From Steroidobacteraceae bacterium (GTDB lineage Bacteria; Pseudomonadota; Gammaproteobacteria; Steroidobacterales; Steroidobacteraceae), in NCBI GenBank assembly GCA_031431175.1, contig JANPCY010000003.1, positions 1-24,601 on the forward strand: DNA of 24,601 bases, read 5' to 3'. Shown here piece after piece: positions 1 to 7,411 of this stretch; positions within the stretch are counted from its first letter, which is position 1, and every line of letters begins with the position of its first letter. The translations under genes and the position numbers were made by a program. Under the pieces are notes generated by a model. It was not told where the DNA came from. It searched no databases and saw only the letters and a program-made list of their open reading frames with translations.

Positions 1-9
1 ACACCGTAA

Positions 10-1044
10 ATGCCAGACGACGCGAACAAGCTCTCGTGCCGCTCCGTCTGGAAGCTCTATGGTGAGGCCGCCGGCGATTTCCTTGGCGCGCGCGAGTCAC
101 CGCCCACGCCGGAGGAAATTCGCAGCGCAGGCCTGATTGCCGCCGTCGCCGACGTCAGCATCGATGTCCGCGCCGGCGAGATCTTCGTCATCATGGGCCT
201 CTCGGGCTCGGGAAAATCGACGCTCGTCCGCTGCCTCTCGCGCCTGGTTGAACCCACGGCGGGCCAGATCCTGTTCGACGGTCGCGATCTCCTCGCGGTG
301 CCGGAGAAGGAACTGATTGAAATCCGGCGTCACCGCAGGGGCATGGTGTTCCAGAACTTCGCGCTCTTGCCGCACCTGTCCGTGCTCGACAATGTGGCGT
401 TTCCGCTGGCGATCCAGGGTGTCGAGCGATCCACGCGCGAGGCTCGCGCACGGGAAATGATCGATCTCGTCGGACTGCAGGAACGCGAGTACTACCTGCC
501 GCGCGAGCTTTCGGGTGGCCAGCAGCAGCGCGTCGGGATTGCGCGTTCGCTCGCCGTCGGCCCCGAGTTGTGGTTTCTGGATGAGCCCTTCTCGGCGCTC
601 GATCCCCTGATTCGCCGCGAAATGCAGAATGAATTCATCCGCCTGCAGGGGCTGCTCAAGAAGACGATCGTCTTCATCACGCATGATTTTGACGAGGCGA
701 TCCGGCTCGCCGATCGCATCGCGATCATGCGCGATGGCCGGATCATCCAGGTCGGTACCGCCGAGGAACTGATCGTCTCACCGGCCGATGACTACGTGGC
801 GAACTTCACCCGCGAGGCGCCGCGCGCAAGGATATTGTCCGCGCGCGCGATCATGCGAGCCGCCACTGGCTCGGCCCAGGTCGGCGGCAGCGTCGATGCC
901 GACACCAAAGTCTGTGATTTTGCCGCCGCGCTCGAAACAACCGACCAGCCGTTTGCCGTGATCGAGCATGGGCGCATCATTGGCCTGGTCGATCGCGCGG
1001 CGGTAATGGCGGTCTTTGTGGGCGCACGCTTGCGCGAGCGTTAA
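10..1044 (+). CDS. Quaternary-amine (ProV/OpuAA family) ABC transporter ATP-binding subunit
   Basis: Walker A GLSGSGKST, Q-loop MVFQNFALLPH, signature LSGGQQQRVG, Walker B WFLDEPFSALDP, H-loop FITHD. The stop overlaps the next ATG (TAATG at 1042-1046). Substrate cannot be determined from sequence. Confidence 0.92.
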   Translation: MPDDANKLSCRSVWKLYGEAAGDFLGARESPPTPEEIRSAGLIAAVADVSIDVRAGEIFVIMGLSGSGKSTLVRCLSRLVEPTAGQILFDGRDLLAVPEKELIEIRRHRRGMVFQNFALLPHLSVLDNVAFPLAIQGVERSTREARAREMIDLVGLQEREYYLPRELSGGQQQRVGIARSLAVGPELWFLDEPFSALDPLIRREMQNEFIRLQGLLKKTIVFITHDFDEAIRLADRIAIMRDGRIIQVGTAEELIVSPADDYVANFTREAPRARILSARAIMRAATGSAQVGGSVDADTKVCDFAAALETTDQPFAVIEHGRIIGLVDRAAVMAVFVGARLRER

Positions 1045-3038
1045 TGCAGACGGCCGCCCACAAGGTCGCAGCGCCAGCCCGGCTTTCCCCACCATGGATG
1101 CGCGCCTTCTGGTTCGGCGCCCTGGTCATTGCTTTCGCTTTCGCTTACCTGCAGGCCGCGAAACCGCCCGACTGGATGCTGGATCTGCCGCGCGGGCACT
1201 GGCTGCCGGTGCAGGCAGCCATCTCGGCGGCAATGAAATGGCTGGTCGAGTCGGCCAATTTCGGTCTGTTTACATTCACTGAGGCCACCCGGTTCGTCGC
1301 ATTTCTCCTCGATCAGCCGCTATCGCTCGCGACGGCAGTATTCGCGCGCGGTTTCGCGCAGGGGCATGGTTCGGCGGCGATCGAGCTGACGCCGCCGCTG
1401 CCGTGGCTGGCCGCGCTGCTGGCCGCTTGCGCCATCGCCCTGCACGCGGGCGGTGTTCGTCTGGCGGTACTCGCCGCTGGCGCAATGGCCTATCTCGTCG
1501 TCTTCGGGCAGTGGCAGAGCGCGATGCAGACATTTGCCTCGATCGTCATCGCCGTCCCATTTGGCGTCATCGGCGGCTTGCTGCTTGGCATCGCCGCGCA
1601 CCGCTCGGCGCGGTTTCACAAGGTGCTGATGCCGATCCTGGATGCGATGCAGACCGTGCCGATCTTCGCGTACCTCCTGCCGATCCTGTTTCTGTTCGGC
1701 TTCGGTCCGGTGGCCGCGCTGCTTGCGACGATCATCTATGCCTTGCCGCCGATGGCGCGCGTGACCTTGCTGGCGTTGTCCGCCGTGCCGGCCGAACTTG
1801 TGGACGCCGGGCGCATGGCGGGATGCACGCCGCGGCAGCTCATCGCCAAGGTCCTGATCCCGGCTGCGCGGGCGCCGCTGATGATCGGGGTCAACCAGGT
1901 CATCATGCTGTCGCTCAACATGGTGATCATCGCCTCGATGATCGGGGCGGGCGGCCTGGGCTATGACGTGCTCGCCTCGCTCCGCCAGCTCGACATCGGC
2001 GGCGGTCTCGAGGCCGGCACCGCCATCGTCGTGCTGGCGATCACGCTTGATCGGGTCAGCCAGGCCTATGCGAAACGCGCGCTCGAAGTCCGTCGTCGCG
2101 GCGCACTCAGGTATCGCTGGGCTCTATTCGGTGTCGTCGTTGCGCTCTGGCTGGCGGCGCTGAAAATCGATGCGCTGCGACACTACCCCGAGTCATGGAC
2201 GCTTTCGACCGGTGTTTTCTGGGACAACCTGGTGGAGTGGCTTAACGTCAATTACTTCGATACTTTCGAGGCGATCAAGACGGCGATCCTTCTCAAGTTC
2301 ATGATTCCGGTCAAGCGCTTCCTGCTGGCGCAGCCCTGGCCATTTGTCGTCTTTTGCGTGATGGCTGCTGCATTTTCCATCGCCGGGTTGCGCCGCGCCC
2401 TCATCGTCGGCGTTTTCGTTCTGACGATCGTGTTCACCGGACTGTGGCAGCCGGCAATGGTGTCGGTGTATTTGACCGGCGTCTCCGTGCTGCTGGCAGT
2501 TGCCATGGGCGTGCCGATCGGAATCGCCTCCGGCACACGGCCGCGACTCTGGCAATTCGTGGAGGTCGTGATTGACACGCTGCAGACTCTGCCAAGCTTC
2601 GTGTACCTGATACCCGTGGTGATGCTGTTCCGCGTCGGGGACTTCACGGCGATGTTCGCGATCATCCTCTATGCGTTGGCACCTGCGATCCGTTACACCG
2701 CGCTTGGAATCCGCGAGGTGGATCCCGGCGTCGTCGAAGCGGCAACGGCCATGGGTGCGACGCGGATGCAGATTCTGGTCCGTATCCGGCTGCCGCTCGC
2801 GCTACCGTCGATCCTGCTCGGCATCAACCAGACGATCATGCTCGCACTATCGATGCTGGTGATCACCGCGCTGGTCGGCACGCGCGACCTCGGGCAGGAA
2901 GTCTACATTGCGCTCGTCAAGGCAGACGTCGGCCGCGGCCTGACGGCGGGTATCGGCGTCGCGATGATCGCCATGATCGCCGACCGATTGATGACGGCGT
3001 CAGCCACTCGCATGAAGATGAGACTGGGTCTTGCTTAA
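1044..3038 (+). CDS. ABC transporter permease with two tandem ProW/OpuAB-type membrane domains
   Basis: 664 aa and hydrophobic. Two copies of the ProW core: LDAMQTVPIFAYLLP...ELVDAGRMAGCT...MIGVNQ and IDTLQTLPSFVYLIP...VVEAATAMGAT...LLGINQ (EAA-loop motifs). Confidence 0.9.
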   Translation: MQTAAHKVAAPARLSPPWMRAFWFGALVIAFAFAYLQAAKPPDWMLDLPRGHWLPVQAAISAAMKWLVESANFGLFTFTEATRFVAFLLDQPLSLATAVFARGFAQGHGSAAIELTPPLPWLAALLAACAIALHAGGVRLAVLAAGAMAYLVVFGQWQSAMQTFASIVIAVPFGVIGGLLLGIAAHRSARFHKVLMPILDAMQTVPIFAYLLPILFLFGFGPVAALLATIIYALPPMARVTLLALSAVPAELVDAGRMAGCTPRQLIAKVLIPAARAPLMIGVNQVIMLSLNMVIIASMIGAGGLGYDVLASLRQLDIGGGLEAGTAIVVLAITLDRVSQAYAKRALEVRRRGALRYRWALFGVVVALWLAALKIDALRHYPESWTLSTGVFWDNLVEWLNVNYFDTFEAIKTAILLKFMIPVKRFLLAQPWPFVVFCVMAAAFSIAGLRRALIVGVFVLTIVFTGLWQPAMVSVYLTGVSVLLAVAMGVPIGIASGTRPRLWQFVEVVIDTLQTLPSFVYLIPVVMLFRVGDFTAMFAIILYALAPAIRYTALGIREVDPGVVEAATAMGATRMQILVRIRLPLALPSILLGINQTIMLALSMLVITALVGTRDLGQEVYIALVKADVGRGLTAGIGVAMIAMIADRLMTASATRMKMRLGLA

Positions 3039-3070
3039 GGTGTCTGCTTAAGGTGTCTGCTTAAGGTGTC
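3032..3070. repeat. Three perfect tandem copies of the 13-mer TGCTTAAGGTGTC
   Basis: Read directly at 3032-3044, 3045-3057 and 3058-3070. Contains the permease stop (TAA 3036-3038) and, on the minus strand, the transposase stop (3048-3050). Confidence 0.97.
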
Positions 3071-3977
3071 GGGATTGGCATATGTGGCTTATGGGCGCCG
3101 TAGAAGATTCACGACGCCCCAGTAGTTTGGTGAGCGATGAGGGGTCGCGATTCAGGAAGCGAGCGATCTGACAGAGCGTCGCGATGTGTCGTTCGATGGC
3201 TTGGGTGCTGAACACTGCCCGGACGGAGGCGAGTTGCCTGGCGCGTGAGGGTGAGCGCAACAGCGCAGCGTTAATTTGATGCTGGGCGCAAAACGTTTCG
3301 GCGAATTGTTCCAGCGTCAAGGAGCTGCGCGGTTGGTACGGCGCGCCCGGGATCCTCGCAATGAACTGATCGGTGCCCAGAATCCGGGAATCGCCCGCAT
3401 TGCGCTCCTGATCAGGACCTTCGCTATCCTCATCACGGGCTTCGACAATGAATCTCTTGTAGGCGATCCGCGCCTGCACGAGATCGCCGCAGAACAGTGA
3501 CAGGCCGAAATCGGTCGTCAACCAGGAAATTGACTCGACACCGAGGAAGGCCCGGTGAGAGGACCATGGGTAGTCAGAGGGATCGTTGACGATTTTCGCC
3601 TTCACCGGGTTCAGGTGGATATAGCGAAGGAGCGTCAGGAAGTACGCATCGACCTCGACCAGCCTTGCCTTATGGCGCTGCTCGAACAGGCGCCCGCTCG
3701 TGTTGAGCACCTTGTGGCGGTAGCGAGAATAACGCGCGGCGATGCGCTGCATGATTGTGCCCAGCGGACGCTCGGCGATCTGCACCAGCCCGTGCAGGTG
3801 ATTCGTCATCCAGCAGAAGGCGTGGATTCGGCAGTCGAATCGCGTGATTACATCAGCAACGATATCATTGAGTACATATCGATCAGTCGCACTGCCGAAT
3901 AGCGCTTCCTGGTGATTGCCGCGCAGAATGACGTGATAGCAAGCACCGGGGACGTGGAGTCGCGGAGGTCTGGGCAT
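3048..3977 (-). CDS. rayT: REP-associated-type HUH (Y1) tyrosine transposase with a C-terminal HTH resembling DnaA domain IV
   Basis: N-terminus MPRPPRLHVPGACYHVILRGN, HUH motif MTNHLH, catalytic Tyr region YIHLNPVKA and DYPWSSH are typical of the IS200/RAYT Y1 superfamily. The C-terminal ~70 aa (LLRSPSRARQLASVR...TLCQIARFLNRDPSSL) look like a DnaA-C/TrpR-like HTH. ATG 3977 preferred over the GTG at 3986. Confidence 0.88.
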   Translation of the reverse strand: MPRPPRLHVPGACYHVILRGNHQEALFGSATDRYVLNDIVADVITRFDCRIHAFCWMTNHLHGLVQIAERPLGTIMQRIAARYSRYRHKVLNTSGRLFEQRHKARLVEVDAYFLTLLRYIHLNPVKAKIVNDPSDYPWSSHRAFLGVESISWLTTDFGLSLFCGDLVQARIAYKRFIVEARDEDSEGPDQERNAGDSRILGTDQFIARIPGAPYQPRSSLTLEQFAETFCAQHQINAALLRSPSRARQLASVRAVFSTQAIERHIATLCQIARFLNRDPSSLTKLLGRRESSTAPISHICQSRHLKQTP

Positions 3978-4080
3978 CCTTGCCACTCTTGGCGGGCAAC
4001 CATAAGCAGCTTAGCTTGCTAGCGTTCCGCACAGATTGCGGCGAAACTCTGCAAATGGCCGATAAGCCAAACCTGACACC
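3065..4080. mobile_element. Putative transposase unit bounded by imperfect 19-bp inverted repeats
   Basis: Left arm GGTGTCGGGATTGGCATAT (3065-3083) matches the reverse complement of 4062-4080 (GGTGTCAGGTTTGGCTTAT) at 16/19. The arms enclose the transposase gene and its upstream region, which lie antisense inside an otherwise co-directional gene run. Confidence 0.65.
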
Positions 4081-4948
4081 ATTTATCGCTGGTCTGTCCT
4101 GTTGGCGCGGCCCGGTTGATCCCGAGCCCGTTGCGGGCGGCATCACCAACACGAATTTCAGCGTCGTCGACCAGGGCCGGCGTTATTTCGTCCGGATCGG
4201 CAATGACATTCCGGTGCACGGCATCGTTCGGGCGAATGAACTGGCGGCGAATCTCGCGGCGCATGCGGCGGGGGTGGCGCCTGCGGTCATTCATTCAGAG
4301 CCGGGCGCGCTGGTGCTCGAGTTCATCGCCGGCCGGACGTTCTCGCCGGCCGATGCGCGCGACCCGCGCAATCTCGAGCGCATCGTGGATCTGCTGAGGC
4401 GCTGTCATCGCGGCATTCCCGAATTCCTGTGCGGAGCCGCCGCGATGTTCTGGGTGTTTCATGTCGTGCGCGACTATGCGCATACGCTCACCGTCGGCAA
4501 CAGCCGCCATCGCCCGCGACTGCCGGAGCTGCTCGGCACCGCTGGGCGCCTGGAGAAGGCGCTCGGCCCGGTCGATATCGTCTTCGGTCACAACGACCTG
4601 CTGGCGACCAACTTCATCGATGACGGCGCGCGTCTCTGGCTGGTGGACTGGGAATATGCGGGATTCAACTCGCCGTTATTTGATCTGGCAGGGCTTGCCT
4701 CGAACAACGAGTTTCCCGCGGACCTGCAAGTGCGGCTGATCGAGAGCTACTTCGGGCGACTAGTCGACCGTGAGCTGAGTCTGCGATTTGCCGCGATGAC
4801 TGCCGCATCGCTCTTGCGTGAGACGATGTGGAGCATGGTGTCGGAGATTCATTCAAAGCTTGATTTCGACTACGTCGCCTACACGGCCACGAACTTTGCG
4901 AGATTCGAGTCGGCGCTCACTGCCTTCGACGATCTGGAGGGCGCATGA
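4055..4948 (+). CDS. Choline/ethanolamine kinase-family phosphotransferase
   Basis: GGITNTNF ATP-binding loop, Brenner motif HNDLLATN and choline-kinase motif VDWEYAG. Start placed at ATG 4055 (the ORF track runs back to a TTG at 3980). The stop overlaps the next start (ATGA 4945-4948). Confidence 0.85.
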   Translation: MADKPNLTPFIAGLSCWRGPVDPEPVAGGITNTNFSVVDQGRRYFVRIGNDIPVHGIVRANELAANLAAHAAGVAPAVIHSEPGALVLEFIAGRTFSPADARDPRNLERIVDLLRRCHRGIPEFLCGAAAMFWVFHVVRDYAHTLTVGNSRHRPRLPELLGTAGRLEKALGPVDIVFGHNDLLATNFIDDGARLWLVDWEYAGFNSPLFDLAGLASNNEFPADLQVRLIESYFGRLVDRELSLRFAAMTAASLLRETMWSMVSEIHSKLDFDYVAYTATNFARFESALTAFDDLEGA

Positions 4949-7398
4949 GCGAAATGCCCCAATCGGCGCGGATTGTCATCGTCGGCGGCGGGATCGTCGG
5001 CTGCTCGGTCGCCTATCACCTGGGCAGGATGGGCATCACCGACTGCATCCTGATCGAGCGCGGGAAACTGTCGTCGGGCTCGAGCTGGCATGCCGCGGGC
5101 CTCGTCGGGCAGCTTCGCAGCAATGCGAACGTGACCCAGCTCCTCGGTTACTCGGTGGCGCTCTACAACAAACTCGAAGCAGAGACCGGACTCGCAACCG
5201 GCTGGAAAATGAATGGCGGGCTACGCCTCGCCTGCAACGCGGAACGCTGGATCGAAGTAAAGCGGCAGGCGACCACCGCGCGCAGTTTCGGCCTCGAAAT
5301 GCACCTGTTGTCGCCGGCGGAAGCGCGCGATCTGTGGCCACCGATGACGGTCGATGACGTCGTCGGCGCCGCGTTCCTGCCCACGGACGGCCAGGCAAAC
5401 CCGGGGGATATCGTGCAGGCGCTCGCCCGCGGCGCGCGGATGGGCGGTGTGGCAATCCGCGAAGACCTCAAGGTCACCGGCATCCGCGTGGAGAACGGCG
5501 CCGTGCGCGCGATCGAAACGGATCGTGGCGTGATCTCCTGCGAGAAGCTCGTGCTGTGTGCCGGCCAGTGGACCCGCGACCTCGGCCGCCTGGCGGGCGT
5601 CAACGTGCCGCTGGTCTCGGTGCAACATCAATATCTGGTCACCACTGCGATCGACGGCGTGACACGCGGGCTGCCGACGCTGCGCGATCCTGACCGCCTC
5701 ACCTATTTCAAAGAAGAAGTCGGAGGTCTGGTCATGGGCGGCTACGAGCCGAATCCGATTCCGTGGGCGACCGGCGGCCTGCCGTCCGATTTCCAGTTCA
5801 CGCTGCTCGATTCCGACTGGGACCATTTCACGCCGATCATGCAGCAGGCCCTCGAGCGCGTGCCCGCGCTTGCGACGGCAGGCGTCAAGCAACTTGTGAA
5901 TGGCCCCGAGAGCTTCACGCCCGATGGCAACTTCATCCTCGGCCAGGCACCAGAGGTACGCAATATTTTCGTCGGTGCAGGCTTCAACGCGTTTGGCATC
6001 GCGGCCGGCGGTGGCGCCGGCATGGCGCTCGCCGAATGGGTGGTGCACGGCGAGCCTCCGAATGACCTGTGGCCCGTGGACATCCGTCGCTTTGGCCGCC
6101 ATCACCAGGATATCGACTGGGTGCGAACCCGCACGCTGGAGGCGTATGGAAAGCATTACACGATGGCGTGGCCTGCCGAGGAATACACGTCAGGGCGGCC
6201 ATTCCGGAAGTCACCGTTGTATGAGCGCCTGAAATCCCAGGGCGCGGTATTCGGAGAGAAACTTGGCTGGGAACGCCCGAACTGGTTCGCGGACCTTGCG
6301 GCGGGCGAGAAGCCGGAAGATGTCTACACCTTTGAACGGCCGAACTGGTTCGAGGCGGTCGGCCGCGAGCACCGCGCGACGCGTGAACGCGTGGCGCTCT
6401 TCGACCAGACGTCGTTTGCGAAATTCATGATGATCGGCCACGACGCCGAGGCCGCGCTGTCCTGGCTCGCGGCCAACGATGTGGCGAAGGCGCCCGGTGC
6501 TTTGACCTACACGCAGATGCTCAATGTGCGGGGCGGCATCGAATGCGACCTGACCGTCGCACGCCTGGCCGACGACACCTTTTATATTGTTACGGGTACC
6601 GGGTTTGGCACCCACGATTTCGACTGGATCCGCCGCAACATCCCCGCCGGATTCGAGGTCCGGCTCATCGATGTCAGCGAGAAGTATTCGGTGCTCGCAT
6701 TGATGGGCCCCCGCGCCCGCAGCACCTTGTCCATTGCGACGCCAGACGATGTGTCAAATGGAGCTTTCCCGTTCGCGCAATGCCGGCGGATCACCATTGC
6801 CGGCGTGGAAGTGATTGCTCTTCGCGTCACCTATGTGGGCGAGCTGGGCTGGGAATTGCATGTGCCGATTGACTCCACCGCGAGCATCTATGATTCCCTG
6901 ATGGAGGCGGGCCGACCGCAGGGCATTGTCAATGCGGGCTACCGTGCGATCGAAACTCTGCGCCTCGAGAAGGGCTACCGGGCCTGGGGGATTGATATTG
7001 GTCCTGATCATTCGCCGCTGATGGCCGGGCTCGGTTGGGCGGTGAAGCTGAAACGCGAGATCCCGTTTCTCGGCCGCGAAGCGCTCGAGAAGCAGAAGAA
7101 AGGCCGGTTGCCGCGGCTGCTGGCCTGTTTCACGGTCGATGATCCCGCCGCCGTCCTGCTGGGGCGCGAGACGATCTTTCGCAATGGCCAGCGCGTGGGC
7201 TGGCTGACGAGCGCAGGCTTCGGCCATACGGTGCAGAAATCCATCGGCTACGGTTATGTGCGCGACCCGGAAAATGGCGTCGATGCCGAGCAGGTGTTGT
7301 CGGGTGCCTATGAACTTGAAGTCGCGACCAAGCGGGTGCCCGCCACGGTGTCACTGACGCCCCTCTACGATCCCGGCATGACCCGCATCAAGGCCTGA
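4945..7398 (+). CDS. FAD-dependent oxidoreductase with GcvT (aminomethyltransferase) domains, dimethylglycine/sarcosine dehydrogenase-like
   Basis: IVGGGIVGCS FAD motif, SSWHAAGL (covalent-flavin His motif of the DMGDH/SarDH family), NGPESFTPDG, DQTSFAK, RVTYVGELGWELH and LRLEKGYRAWG in 817 aa. Exact substrate not assignable. Confidence 0.9.
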   Translation: MSEMPQSARIVIVGGGIVGCSVAYHLGRMGITDCILIERGKLSSGSSWHAAGLVGQLRSNANVTQLLGYSVALYNKLEAETGLATGWKMNGGLRLACNAERWIEVKRQATTARSFGLEMHLLSPAEARDLWPPMTVDDVVGAAFLPTDGQANPGDIVQALARGARMGGVAIREDLKVTGIRVENGAVRAIETDRGVISCEKLVLCAGQWTRDLGRLAGVNVPLVSVQHQYLVTTAIDGVTRGLPTLRDPDRLTYFKEEVGGLVMGGYEPNPIPWATGGLPSDFQFTLLDSDWDHFTPIMQQALERVPALATAGVKQLVNGPESFTPDGNFILGQAPEVRNIFVGAGFNAFGIAAGGGAGMALAEWVVHGEPPNDLWPVDIRRFGRHHQDIDWVRTRTLEAYGKHYTMAWPAEEYTSGRPFRKSPLYERLKSQGAVFGEKLGWERPNWFADLAAGEKPEDVYTFERPNWFEAVGREHRATRERVALFDQTSFAKFMMIGHDAEAALSWLAANDVAKAPGALTYTQMLNVRGGIECDLTVARLADDTFYIVTGTGFGTHDFDWIRRNIPAGFEVRLIDVSEKYSVLALMGPRARSTLSIATPDDVSNGAFPFAQCRRITIAGVEVIALRVTYVGELGWELHVPIDSTASIYDSLMEAGRPQGIVNAGYRAIETLRLEKGYRAWGIDIGPDHSPLMAGLGWAVKLKREIPFLGREALEKQKKGRLPRLLACFTVDDPAAVLLGRETIFRNGQRVGWLTSAGFGHTVQKSIGYGYVRDPENGVDAEQVLSGAYELEVATKRVPATVSLTPLYDPGMTRIKA

Positions 7399-7411
7399 TG
7401 CAAAATAGAAC

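Noticed and set aside
1-5. ACACC at the window start and scattered GACACC/GGTGTC hexamers as further transposase-end copies
   Set aside because: The first is truncated by the window edge; the others sit inside coding sequence without the adjoining repeat-arm bases, consistent with chance.
3032-3070. 13-bp triple repeat as a CRISPR array or target-site duplication
   Set aside because: There are no spacers and no cas genes, the unit is too short for CRISPR, and there is no copy at the opposite end of the element.
3083-3091. TGTGGCTTA as a DnaA box or origin signal
   Set aside because: It matches TGTGGATAA at only 7/9, is a single copy inside a coding region, and has no oriC context.
3048-3977. 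IS605/IS200 element with TnpB or other cargo
   Set aside because: There is no tnpB or second ORF, and the only subterminal hairpins (3093-3119 imperfect, 4027-4041 five bp) are too weak to call.
6271-6352. ERPNWF motif repeated 63 bp apart in the GcvT oxidoreductase (18/19 nt identical)
   Set aside because: It falls in a region where this family has two similar NWF-containing motifs as I recall; the frame is intact and it is probably ordinary.
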